Assembly: GCA_001002325.1 (NCBI GenBank)
Contig: LCNZ01000007.1
Location: 91,410 to 155,409 of the forward strand
Reading direction: 5' to 3'
Source of the DNA: Candidatus Amesbacteria bacterium GW2011_GWB1_47_19
GTDB taxonomy: Bacteria > Patescibacteriota > Microgenomatia > CAZETR01 > Amesbacteraceae
Length of the DNA: 64,000 bases
Below, piece by piece: positions 49,244-58,863 of the stretch. Position numbers and translations under genes: made by a program. Position 1 is the first letter of the stretch. Each line of letters starts with the position of its first letter. The notes under the pieces were generated by a model that saw nothing but the letters and a program-made list of their open reading frames with translations, was not told the DNA's origin and did no database searches.

Positions 49244-50719
49244 ACGATATTTATCAGTAAGAGTTTGGGCCAATATATATTCGGCCGGGTTGTAGTTGTC
49301 GGTGAAAACCGGATACGCGGAGAGATTTACCGCGGAAGTATTTATAAAGGTATCAGCATGGGAGGATGTGTCAAACTCAGCCGGAGAATCGGAGTTGATA
49401 CCCACAATAAGGATGTTTTGGACAGAGTCAGGCCGGGAGGGGTTCAGGGCAAAAACCCAGGTTTGGGGAAAAACATAAGTAAATGTTTTTAACTGTGAGT
49501 AAAAATAGGAAGGGATTACTGGGGTCAGGTTGCCGACAAAATTACCAATAAACATGCCCCCGGGATTGAGGCGGGATCTGGCCAGGGAGAAAAACTCCAC
49601 GGTGGTCAGATGCGCAGGAATGGAAAGAAGCGAGTAATAGGCATCTGAAAATATCAGGTCATATTTTTTTGAGTTGCGAGTGAGAAAATAGCGGCCGTCA
49701 GAGATAAAGTTGCGTAAACGGTTAGATGGCTTCAGCCGGAAATACTTTTCGGACAGTTCGTAGAGGCCAGGTTCGATGTCAATCACGTCTACCCGGAATG
49801 ACGGATCGGAATTCAATAAGGCTTTGGGGATGGTGTAAGCCCCGGCTCCGATAACCAAAGCGGTACGGGCGGAGGGGTTGAATATACGATAGAGGTCTGC
49901 GTATCGGGTGTAAGGAAAGACATGATCGTCTGATTCAAGGTAGGTGGCCGCGGAGACATTACGATCCTGGATAAGGTATCTGACTGCCGGTGTGGAATGA
50001 GGCTGTGAGACGGAGATTTTTTGGTAAAAGCCATCGGCAGAATAGATCAGGGGATTGTCGGGGGAGGGAGAAAGGGAACTGACCAGCAGGATTTGGAGAA
50101 GGAGAATCAGGACGGCAAAGATGGGAAGGGGATGGAATTTCAGCCTGGTACCGGCCAAGCCAAGCAGTGTGAGGCCGATGGCAGTACCATAGATTATTTT
50201 GTCGATACCGAAGTTCGGAATCAGTAAAAATCCGGTCGAGAGACTGCCGATAATGCTTCCCAGGGTTGACCAGAAAAAAACTATACCGGAAGCCTGACCG
50301 ATTTTTTCCGGAGGGAAGAAACCGGAACTGAGCTTGATGGCAAAAGGGGAGAGGGTACCGAGAATGAAGGCCGGAAGGAGGAATAGCAGGAGGGAACTAA
50401 CCAACGGACCTACCGCCAGCGAAAAGATGGAAGAAAAAACAGGCAGGAGAACCACACCGATAATTTTGATAAAAAAGGTAGCCAGACCGGAGACAGTGAT
50501 GAAGAAGTAGAAAATCCGAGGGTGCGGGAAACGATCGGCAATCCTGCCGCCGAAATAATACCCCAGGCTGAGAGCTGTGAGAATGACGGTAAGAACGCTG
50601 GAGAGGCTGAAGATAGTGTTGCCGAAAAAGGGTGCCAGAATCCGGGTGGCCGTAACTTCGAGGATAAGGACAGCTGCACCAGTGAGAAATATGGTGAGAT
50701 AGAGAAAAATCCGGCTCAT
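49241..50719 (-). CDS. Fused polytopic membrane domain plus spermidine-synthase-like (class I SAM-MTase fold) protein.
   Basis: ~8 TM helices, then LVIGAGAYT..VDVIDIEP..DLIFSDAY, the spermidine synthase family pattern. Confidence 0.55.
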   Translation of the reverse strand: MSRIFLYLTIFLTGAAVLILEVTATRILAPFFGNTIFSLSSVLTVILTALSLGYYFGGRIADRFPHPRIFYFFITVSGLATFFIKIIGVVLLPVFSSIFSLAVGPLVSSLLLFLLPAFILGTLSPFAIKLSSGFFPPEKIGQASGIVFFWSTLGSIIGSLSTGFLLIPNFGIDKIIYGTAIGLTLLGLAGTRLKFHPLPIFAVLILLLQILLVSSLSPSPDNPLIYSADGFYQKISVSQPHSTPAVRYLIQDRNVSAATYLESDDHVFPYTRYADLYRIFNPSARTALVIGAGAYTIPKALLNSDPSFRVDVIDIEPGLYELSEKYFRLKPSNRLRNFISDGRYFLTRNSKKYDLIFSDAYYSLLSIPAHLTTVEFFSLARSRLNPGGMFIGNFVGNLTPVIPSYFYSQLKTFTYVFPQTWVFALNPSRPDSVQNILIVGINSDSPAEFDTSSHADTFINTSAVNLSAYPVFTDNYNPAEYILAQTLTDKYR

Positions 50720-50997
50720 AAAATTTCAGGAGGTACGGGCCTGGAGAATTTGACTGAGAATGGGCCATTTCCGGCCAAATTGTTTGGTCAGACTGATAAG
50801 TATAGAAATTTGGCAACCGATCCCAAAAAGTTCGATATGCTGATTCATATTTGCCTTTAGAGGGGGTGGTTGTTGGTTAAGTGAGGTTTTAAGGGCACAC
50901 TGGGCGTCGGGATTGATACTTCTGGCACAAAGAGCTGCCCTGCAGGGGCCGGAATCCACAGGTTGAAGTTCAAGATTTCTCATAGGATATTTATTGG

Positions 50998-51068
50998 TGG
51001 ACCCGAGGGGAATTGAACCCCTTTCTACTCCATGCCATGGAGTTATTCTACCGGTGAACTACGGGCCC
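50998..51068 (-). tRNA. tRNA-Ala (anticodon GGC).
   Basis: Cloverleaf on the minus strand. Anticodon loop auGGCau and the G3:U70 pair. Confidence 0.75.
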
Positions 51069-51350
51069 GACCGGACTACGGAATTATAAGTCATATTAAA
51101 GCAAGTTTGAAGCGGACGTTTACGGGTTGAATCTACGCTTATAATCAGGCTCATGGAAATCGTCTAGGGCCAGGGATAGCTGCCGCGATGGCACATGAAA
51201 TTGAGCATCTCAGGCAACCTGTTGGGTTCCCGGAACAAAGTTGTCCGGTCGAAGTCGGAGCCGGTGCCAACGGGCATGCTGATTGTAGAAAGGTAGATTA
51301 AGACGTTTGAGATCGGAGGAGTGGCGGGGTAGACTTAAGCCAGGAGGGAT

Positions 51351-52016
51351 GTGACGAAAAAGAAACTGGGCTTGTTTAAACGGTTGGTAATAGGGGGATT
51401 GGTGGCCGGTCTGGTGGTATCGGGGACTGTGAATGCGTATTTTTGGAAAACCAAACAGGAAGAGATGCGGGTAATACATGTGCTGGATGGGGATACCTTT
51501 ACCCTGAAAAGGGGAGTGAGAGTGAGGCTGATCGGAGCCGACGCCCCGGCGTATGACGCTTGTCTGGGCCAGGAAGCAACCAAAAAATTAGAGGAGTTCG
51601 TGTTGGGGAAAACGGTGAGGCTGGAAGGAATTAAATGGGACCAGTGGGGGCGGCAGATGGCGTTGGTTTATGCAGACGGGGTGTGGGTGGATGAGGCGAT
51701 GATTAAAGCCGGGCTGGCCAAGGCTGAGTATCCGGACTCGAAGGTGAACGCCGGACTGCGGGCAGCCCACAATGAATCCTCTGAAAAGAAAGTCGGAATA
51801 TTCGGCCCCGAATGTAATCAGAAATACAATGCAGAAGAAGTGAATTGCCAGATTAAGGGTAATTTTGATCAAACCAAATGGACGAAAAAATATTACTTGC
51901 CGGAATGTCCGCATTACAACACGGTCAGGGTGAATCTGGCGGCCGGGGACAAGTTTTTCTGCAACGAAGATGAAGCCCAAAAAGCAGGATTCCTATTGGC
52001 TGAAGATTGCAAATAA
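51351..52016 (+). CDS. Thermonuclease (staphylococcal nuclease-like) with an N-terminal membrane anchor and a Cys-containing C-terminal extension.
   Basis: VLDGDTFTL..VRLIGADAP..GRQMALVY SNase motifs. Confidence 0.7.
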   Translation: MTKKKLGLFKRLVIGGLVAGLVVSGTVNAYFWKTKQEEMRVIHVLDGDTFTLKRGVRVRLIGADAPAYDACLGQEATKKLEEFVLGKTVRLEGIKWDQWGRQMALVYADGVWVDEAMIKAGLAKAEYPDSKVNAGLRAAHNESSEKKVGIFGPECNQKYNAEEVNCQIKGNFDQTKWTKKYYLPECPHYNTVRVNLAAGDKFFCNEDEAQKAGFLLAEDCK

Positions 52017-52021
52017 ATGTG

Positions 52022-52092
52022 TGGACTCACCGGGAATTGAACCCGGATCTCGTCGATGCGAACGACGTGTTCTACCGTTTAACTATGAGCCC
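52022..52092 (-). tRNA. tRNA-Ala (anticodon CGC).
   Basis: Cloverleaf on the minus strand. Anticodon loop uuCGCau and the G3:U70 pair. Confidence 0.75.
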
Positions 52093-52118
52093 GAGAATGT
52101 ATTTGAATTTTATCATTT

Positions 52119-52511
52119 GTGGGTGATAATCCGGTAATGAATACGGAGCTCAATTGTCGGAGGGATTGCTTGGCTGCTTGCTGCAGGAGGATTAACATAA
52201 GATTGCATACAACTGAAGCGGAGATTTTGACAAAACACGGGGCAAGATTAAGATTACTCGAAGATCTACCAGACGGGATGGGGCGGCATTTATATTATAT
52301 GCCGGGATGCCCGTTTCTGCGGTTTCGAAGTCGGGGTGAGCAAGGTGTTAAAGGTGTTATAGATTGTGGAGTGTATACAGCACCTCAAAAGATGCAAATT
52401 TGTGAGCAAGTACCCGTGGGAGGGAGGGTGTGTCTGGCAATGAGAAATACCTCGGGAGGTGTCAAAAAAAGAGAAACTGAGGCGGATAGAAGGTTTTGGG
52501 AGAGAATTTAA
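52119..52511 (+). CDS. Cysteine-rich hypothetical protein.
   Basis: CRRDCLAACC cluster plus further Cys residues. 130 aa. Confidence 0.35.
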   Translation: MGDNPVMNTELNCRRDCLAACCRRINIRLHTTEAEILTKHGARLRLLEDLPDGMGRHLYYMPGCPFLRFRSRGEQGVKGVIDCGVYTAPQKMQICEQVPVGGRVCLAMRNTSGGVKKRETEADRRFWERI

Positions 52512-54586
52512 CGGGCGGGAGTGGGAGTAGCACTCACGGGGGAGGGAGCAGGTGTACCGCTGGTTTCAGGACCCAGTTCGGAAGGAAGTTCAATAGGAGG
52601 CGTAATTTTGGGAGAAGGGAGGGCTTTGGGGGCGACCAGCTCGGTTTGAGCAGGAGCCTGAACCGGGGTTTGGGGTTGAGCGGAGGTCTCACCCAATTTC
52701 TTGCGCAGTTCTTCCAGTTCGGCTGAGGCTTTGGTAAAGTCCGCGGAACCCTTGTCGATCAGGTTGACCACTGCCTGCATGGCTGTGAAAGCGTTTCTGT
52801 TATCTCCTTTTTCGCGGTAAGCGGCAGCCAGATTGTAATAAGCGTTGGCTTGGTCGGGTTTGAGATCAACAGCCTGTTGGAAGAAACGGATAGCCTCGTC
52901 GTAGTTCTTGGTGGCGTAAAGAACACCTCCCAGGGAAATTCTCAAATTGGGGTTGACGGGATCCAGAAGTATGGCCTGGCGATAGGAGGCTACAGTCCAG
53001 ACATCTGCACCCTGGGCGAAATTGACCAGATTGCGATAAACATTAGCCAGATTTTCCACATTGGTGACTTTGACCGGGTTTAAGGAAACGGCGTTTTTAG
53101 CCTCACGGATCGACTGCTGAATGAGCTGGGTGATAGTATTGCGGTCTTCGGGAGTTAGTTCCTGCTTGGCTGCGGCAGTATTGGCCAAGAGTAAATTGGT
53201 TTGAGAATAAGCTACCCGGTATGAGTCCCTATAAGGATTGGTGCGCATGGCGGCAATCAGGTTGTCGTAAGTTCCTTTGCCCTGGTTGGCTGCAGCAGAC
53301 CTGAGAGCATTCTGGAAGTAAATTTCTGCAATATAACCCCGGATGCCCAGGTAAACGATAGGGACAACCAGGGTCAAAGCTAAACCGAAACTGACTATGG
53401 GCAAAATGGGTGAATGTATTCCGGAATCCGAGGCAGCTACAATGTCGATATTGGCTTCGTGTACCATGGATGACCCCATTTGTTTGAAAGACTGAACCAG
53501 AATGAGTATCAGGGTAAAGATCAGAAACAGAGATACCAGGGAGACGGGAGTGAATAGCTGAAGGGTGAAGGCGGCTATAAGGGAAAGTCCGGAACCCAAG
53601 GCTAATATACGGAAAGGGGATTCCGAGGTTGATTTTACGGCTTGCACAAACAGATTGAGGGATTTGATGATGACAAAGACGTAGGCCAGAAGCCCGAGTA
53701 TTCCCAAGGTGGACATGATTTGCAGGTAATAGTTACTAGCGCTGGTAAACCGGACGTTCCACAGGGGACTCAAATTGAAACTAATTGGTCGGAAGCGGCT
53801 AAAATTAACCAGGTATGTTGCAGGGCCGGTACCGAGCAGCGGGGATGATTTCAGAGATTCCAACGCTATAGCCCAACTGACGGATTGGGGAAGAAACGCC
53901 GGACGGGAAGCAATACCCTGACCAAAAAGGCGGTAGGTAAGTAAGCCACCGGCAATAATCGAACCCAAAAGGGACAGGGAGAGAAGCAAAGTTTTTGTGG
54001 AGTTACTTTTATCTTTGAGGATGAGGACAATATGAAGAGGCAAAAGGGTAGCCAGGAAAATAACGGTAGCCAACGAATTGCCGGTGGGGGACCAGAGAGG
54101 AGTTTTCATAAAGTTGAAAGGGATGATCTGAGGAAGAAGTCCGGAAGAAAAAAGAATCGTGACAATAGATAAAACTCCAGTGGATAGTATGAGACCATAA
54201 ATCAAAAACTCCAGCTCCTTTTTGTGCCGGATCAGGTTGACGGAAGTGAAAAAGAATAAGACCAAACCCAGCATGGTGGCTGTCTGCCCGGGTTCAATCA
54301 GAGCGTCGAATTTGTTCGGGGTACGTAAAACAGTAGACAGGACCCAGGTAGCTAAAAGTGCCAGTAGAGGCAGACCCAGAGGGCTTCTCACTAATCGTAC
54401 CTGACGGTTGATGACAAAACTGGCAGTCCAGATGACCAGTAGAACAAGAGAAGAGAGAACAAGCAGGTACTGCTTGTTAAACTCGTAGAATTCAGAGGTA
54501 ACGGGGGCAAAAAAGAGGGGAATTACAACTATGGTTCCCAGAATTACAAAGTAGCCGATTTTTTGCAGGGTGGAGGCGAGTTTCAT
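52508..54586 (-). CDS. O-antigen ligase/polymerase-like (Wzy_C) polytopic membrane protein with C-terminal TPR repeats and a Pro/Thr/Ala-rich tail.
   Basis: ~12 TM helices, then TPR-like YYNLAAAYREKGD repeats, then a low-complexity PAPSPVSATPTPA tail. Confidence 0.55.
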   Translation of the reverse strand: MKLASTLQKIGYFVILGTIVVIPLFFAPVTSEFYEFNKQYLLVLSSLVLLVIWTASFVINRQVRLVRSPLGLPLLALLATWVLSTVLRTPNKFDALIEPGQTATMLGLVLFFFTSVNLIRHKKELEFLIYGLILSTGVLSIVTILFSSGLLPQIIPFNFMKTPLWSPTGNSLATVIFLATLLPLHIVLILKDKSNSTKTLLLSLSLLGSIIAGGLLTYRLFGQGIASRPAFLPQSVSWAIALESLKSSPLLGTGPATYLVNFSRFRPISFNLSPLWNVRFTSASNYYLQIMSTLGILGLLAYVFVIIKSLNLFVQAVKSTSESPFRILALGSGLSLIAAFTLQLFTPVSLVSLFLIFTLILILVQSFKQMGSSMVHEANIDIVAASDSGIHSPILPIVSFGLALTLVVPIVYLGIRGYIAEIYFQNALRSAAANQGKGTYDNLIAAMRTNPYRDSYRVAYSQTNLLLANTAAAKQELTPEDRNTITQLIQQSIREAKNAVSLNPVKVTNVENLANVYRNLVNFAQGADVWTVASYRQAILLDPVNPNLRISLGGVLYATKNYDEAIRFFQQAVDLKPDQANAYYNLAAAYREKGDNRNAFTAMQAVVNLIDKGSADFTKASAELEELRKKLGETSAQPQTPVQAPAQTELVAPKALPSPKITPPIELPSELGPETSGTPAPSPVSATPTPAR

Positions 54587-54654
54587 ATATGTGTGATTGT
54601 ATTAAGTAAAATATTTTTGTGGCGAATAGTCAAGATGATAAATGAATGAGCTGT

Positions 54655-54670
54655 TTCCTATTGCGCAATA
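54655..54670. promoter_or_regulatory. Perfect 16-bp palindrome upstream of the RAYT-like gene.
   Basis: cctattgcgcaatagg equals its own reverse complement. Confidence 0.4.
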
Positions 54671-54695
54671 GGTGGCTCCTTGATATTGTTGGGTT

Positions 54696-55391
54696 ATGGA
54701 GCCTCGCTGGTACCATATATATAATAGAGGCATTGACGGAAGGCAGGTGTTTACTTCTTCCGGCGACTACGACAAATTTATTTGGGTTCTGAAAACATAC
54801 TTAGGAGAATTCAAAATAAAACAAGATCCGAGATTTAAGACCGACAGACCGTATATCAGCAGACATAAGCAAAGAATGAATTTACATGACAAAGTTTGTC
54901 TGGCAGCTTATTGCTTGATGCCTAATCATTTTCATCTGCTGGTACAACCGGAATCTGCCGGTCGGGTGACATATCTGATGAGAAGGGCTATGACAAATTA
55001 CGGAATGTATTTTAATCAGAAATATCAGCGGAGGGGTACATTATGGGAAGGAAGTTACAGATGTGTTGAAGTCTGGGGGGAAGAGAGGATTGTCCATCTT
55101 TCCAGATGGATTCATCTAAATCCGTTGCAGCAGGAAATACGAAGGTTTGGTTTAGTGACTACGGTAACCGGAGCTCGCCCTGAGGAATATTTGTACTCAA
55201 GTTATCATTGGTATCTGCATACCGGAGAAATTGATGACTGGATAAGACCTGACCTGGTACTGGATATCTTTAAAGGATTTAACCAAGGACGCTGGGGTAG
55301 TTATCAACAGTTTATAGAGGACTCCAGATTAAACACGGTCAGCATCATAGGATCCATGGCTATTGATACGGGGAGAGAAAAAATTTCTTAG
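54696..55391 (+). CDS. IS200-like / REP-associated tyrosine transposase (RAYT) family HUH protein.
   Basis: N-terminal YHIYNRG, HuH motif PNHFHLL, and downstream Tyr-containing region (YSSYHWY). Confidence 0.6.
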   Translation: MEPRWYHIYNRGIDGRQVFTSSGDYDKFIWVLKTYLGEFKIKQDPRFKTDRPYISRHKQRMNLHDKVCLAAYCLMPNHFHLLVQPESAGRVTYLMRRAMTNYGMYFNQKYQRRGTLWEGSYRCVEVWGEERIVHLSRWIHLNPLQQEIRRFGLVTTVTGARPEEYLYSSYHWYLHTGEIDDWIRPDLVLDIFKGFNQGRWGSYQQFIEDSRLNTVSIIGSMAIDTGREKIS

Positions 55392-55486
55392 TCAACCGTA
55401 TTTTTTCGACCCGCTGTAGGGCTGTCTGCCGGGCGTTTTTTCAGACGGATAATATAAGACATATTGAAGAAATCAGAGGAGGCAGT

Positions 55487-56062
55487 TTATTTAAGGAGGA
55501 AGTAAGTGAGAAAGAAGCTGCCGATAAAGATTATCAAAAGCAGGGGGTAGACGATTGCCGGAGCAAATGATGATACCCTATTTTTAACGGGAGTTGTGTG
55601 AACCACCTCCGGCATGAGTTTTATCAAATCGAAATGATTTGGAGTGGATGAGTCCAACGGCCTGATAGGTTCTGATAACGGTGGAGAATAGGAAGGGGTC
55701 GGGGGAGTTGGCGCCGGTGGAGGAGGAGAAAAAGTAACATCGGGGGTTTGAATCGGGGGAATAGGGGCAGGCTGGAGCAGATTGGTCTGATGACAAAAGT
55801 CTATAAATTTTCTCATTGAAGACAAGCGACGTTTTACCGTAGCCGGAGGATTGGTACTGGTGAGGTATTCCTCGTATTTTTTTGCCACTTCAGGTTGTGT
55901 GATTGTGGATAAGCTTTCGGGGGTAAGAGGCTGGTATTGAGTGGAGACAAAGAAGAGAAGAACCCTTAAGTCGGATACATAGTTTTTTAAAGTATTGGGT
56001 GAAACTGACTGGCTGATCAGCTGTTGCCGAAATTGAGAGAGTAAATCCTGAGTATAATCCAT
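55487..56062 (-). CDS. Membrane-anchored protein with a phage-integrase N-terminal SAM-like (core-binding) domain and a Pro-rich linker.
   Basis: N-terminal LSQFRQQL..NTLKNYVSDLRVLL..VKRRLSSMRKF resembles the XerC/D N-domain. There is a PPPPAPTPPTP linker and a C-terminal TM helix, but no catalytic domain. Confidence 0.35.
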   Translation of the reverse strand: MDYTQDLLSQFRQQLISQSVSPNTLKNYVSDLRVLLFFVSTQYQPLTPESLSTITQPEVAKKYEEYLTSTNPPATVKRRLSSMRKFIDFCHQTNLLQPAPIPPIQTPDVTFSPPPPAPTPPTPSYSPPLSEPIRPLDSSTPNHFDLIKLMPEVVHTTPVKNRVSSFAPAIVYPLLLIIFIGSFFLTYFLLK

Positions 56063-56436
56063 ATTATAAGTTTGGATTATATCAATAATTAAACATTATA
56101 CAAGTGTATACCTTCATGAAATAATAATGAAAAACATGTAATTAGCGAAAGGTAAAAGTGTATTCAGAACTGTGAGAAAAGTGTGAAAAATAGGTCATTA
56201 TTGTATATTATTAAATACTATAAGGTTAGTAAAATATGAAGATAGCAAACATGTCTTTGGAATGCCAAGGGATGAAATGATTAAAAATTATAGATAAATT
56301 GATTGTTATTTAAAAATTATAAAAAAATATTTTAATAATTTTTTAGATTGTATAATTTAAATAGAGGATAGTCAGATTAAAATATATAATATGTGTAATA
56401 ATTGAGAATGACATTTAAAGGAATTAAAATATAGGA
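56063..56436. promoter_or_regulatory. Markedly AT-rich divergent intergenic region upstream of leuS.
   Basis: About 375 bp that is compositionally distinct from the flanking DNA. Confidence 0.4.
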
Positions 56437-58863
56437 ATGAATAAAAATAAGCTTGAAACGGGACAAGGCTTCATAAGGAAGTGGGAGGAAAAGCAACTTT
56501 ATAAGGCTGAAGAAAATAAAAATAATAAGAAATATATTTTAATCGAGTTCCCGTATCCTTCAGGAGAGAGACTTCATGTAGGGCATGCCAGAAGCTACTG
56601 TTGTCTGGATGCGGTGGCAAGGTGGCTGAGAATGAAAGGGAGCAATGTTTTGTTTCCTTTCGGGTGGGACGCTTTCGGACTGCCGGCAGAAAATTACGCT
56701 ATCAAGACAGGAGTACATCCGTCTGTTACTACCAGGGAAAATATTGACAACTCCAGCAAGCAGGCTAAAGATTGGGGACTATCATTTGACTGGAGCCGAG
56801 AGATAAACACTACCGATCCCGGGTACTACAAATGGACACAGTGGATTTTTGTGCAGATGTTTAAGAAGGGACTGGCTTACAAGGCTGAAATTCCGGTTAA
56901 CTGGTGCCCATCCTGCAAGATTAACCAGGCTAACGAGGAGGTGATAGACGGAAAGTGCGAAAGATGCGGAACTCCGGTAACCAGAAGAAATCAGTCACAA
57001 TGGTTGCTGGCTATTACCAAATATGCAGACAGACTGCTGGATGGCTTGAAAACCGTGAATTACAGGAGTGATATAGCTGCGCAGCAAGTGAATTGGATAG
57101 GGAGGAAAGAGGGAGCACAAATAAGATTCAAAATTCTGACGCAGTCAACGCTACGCGAGCAAAATTCAAATGACAAATATTTGGAAGCATTTACTACCAG
57201 GATTGATACTTTGTTCGGGGTAACGTTTGTAGTAATAGCCCCCGAAGTGGCGGATACCCTGGCGGAGATGGTGCCTGAAAGCAGGAAAGAGGAGGTGAAG
57301 GAGTATATAAGAGCGGCATTGAATAAAAGCGAAAGGGAGAGGAAACAAAAGAAGGAAAATACTGGGGTGGATACGGGACTTGTGGCGGAGAATCCGGCTG
57401 ACGGGAAGAAGATTCCGGTATGGGTGGCCGAGTATGTAATGACAGATGTAGGGACCGGAGTGGTGATGGGGGTTCCGGCACATGACGCCCGGGACTTGGA
57501 GTTTGCCCGCACATTCAAACTCCCGGTTATACCTGTAATCGAAGCCGGGAGGAGCGGGGAGTTATACGAGGGGGAGGGGAAGCTGGTTAATTCCGGCAGG
57601 TATAACGGAATGGACAGCATCCTGGCCAGAAGACAGATGACGAAAGACGGTTTGGGAAAATCCAGTGTGACATACCATTTGCGGGATTGGGTCTTTTCCA
57701 GACAACATTATTGGGGGGAACCGATACCCATGATTGAGTGTAAAAAGTGCGGATGGGTGCCCGTGCCTGAAAATCAGTTACCGGTAAAACTGCCTGAAGT
57801 AGAGAAATATCTGCCTACGGATACCGGGGAATCACCACTGGCACACATAGAGGAATGGGTAAATACCACCTGTCCCAATTGCGGCGGGCCAGCTGAGAGA
57901 GAGACGGATACCATGCCTAACTGGGCTGGTTCATCCTGGTATTTCCTGAGGTTTTGTGATCCGCACAATGATAATCAGCTGGCCGACAAGAAGAAGCTGA
58001 AATACTGGCTGCCGGTCGATTTGTATAACGGGGGAATGGAACATACGACATTGCATTTGCTGTACTCGAGGTTTTGGCATAAGTTTCTGTTTGATATCGG
58101 AGTAGTGCCGATCCCGGAACCTTTTGATAAGCGGACCAGCCATGGTGTAATTTTGGGCTCTGACAACCGGAAGATGAGTAAAAGCCGGGGGAACGTAATT
58201 AACCCTGATGAGATTGTCTCCAAATATGGCGCAGATACACTTAGGATGTATGAAATGTTTATCGGCCCTTTTGAGCAAACGGTAGTGTGGAGTATCGAGT
58301 CCCTTGAGGGGGTATACAGGTTTTTGAAAAGGATCAGGGTGCTGGCGGAGGGAACCGGGCACAAGAGCGGGTCTGAGGAAGCGGGATCCAAATTGGCAGA
58401 ATTAGCTGTCAGGATAGGCAGAGATTTAGAGGTGATGAAATTTAATACGGCAGTGGCTGCGATGATGGAGTTTGCCAACTGGTGGGGAGAACATAAGGCT
58501 GAAATGGGGATTGATGAAGCCAGGGATTTCATAAAAATACTGGCACCGATGGCTCCGTTCATGGCAGAAGAGTTGTGGCAGCGCTTGAATGGGGAGAGTG
58601 ATAAAAAGATGTTTGTGTCGGTACACCAACAGGGATGGCCTGAATCAACAGTGGTTCGCGACTTTAATATAACGGTAACGTTGGCAGTTCAAGTGAACGG
58701 AAAAGTAAGAGCTCTGATGGAAAGCCACAAAGCGGACGAGGAGGAGAGGGTAAGAGAGAAGGCACTGCAATTGGAGAATGTCAGAAAATACACTGAAGGC
58801 AAGAAGTGTAAAGTGATATTTGTGCCCGGGAAGGTAATCAATTTTGTAATTTCCGATGATTGA
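56437..58863 (+). CDS. leuS: Leucyl-tRNA synthetase.
   Basis: HVGHARSY (HIGH) and KMSKSRGN motifs. 808 aa. Confidence 0.9.
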   Translation: MNKNKLETGQGFIRKWEEKQLYKAEENKNNKKYILIEFPYPSGERLHVGHARSYCCLDAVARWLRMKGSNVLFPFGWDAFGLPAENYAIKTGVHPSVTTRENIDNSSKQAKDWGLSFDWSREINTTDPGYYKWTQWIFVQMFKKGLAYKAEIPVNWCPSCKINQANEEVIDGKCERCGTPVTRRNQSQWLLAITKYADRLLDGLKTVNYRSDIAAQQVNWIGRKEGAQIRFKILTQSTLREQNSNDKYLEAFTTRIDTLFGVTFVVIAPEVADTLAEMVPESRKEEVKEYIRAALNKSERERKQKKENTGVDTGLVAENPADGKKIPVWVAEYVMTDVGTGVVMGVPAHDARDLEFARTFKLPVIPVIEAGRSGELYEGEGKLVNSGRYNGMDSILARRQMTKDGLGKSSVTYHLRDWVFSRQHYWGEPIPMIECKKCGWVPVPENQLPVKLPEVEKYLPTDTGESPLAHIEEWVNTTCPNCGGPAERETDTMPNWAGSSWYFLRFCDPHNDNQLADKKKLKYWLPVDLYNGGMEHTTLHLLYSRFWHKFLFDIGVVPIPEPFDKRTSHGVILGSDNRKMSKSRGNVINPDEIVSKYGADTLRMYEMFIGPFEQTVVWSIESLEGVYRFLKRIRVLAEGTGHKSGSEEAGSKLAELAVRIGRDLEVMKFNTAVAAMMEFANWWGEHKAEMGIDEARDFIKILAPMAPFMAEELWQRLNGESDKKMFVSVHQQGWPESTVVRDFNITVTLAVQVNGKVRALMESHKADEEERVREKALQLENVRKYTEGKKCKVIFVPGKVINFVISDD

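Noticed and set aside
51069-51350. RNase P RNA or tmRNA between tRNA-Ala(GGC) and the nuclease gene.
   Set aside because: No conserved P4/CR-I to CR-V or tag-peptide/tRNA-like motifs were found. Only a generic 8-bp closing helix is seen, so it is reported as a low-confidence structured region.
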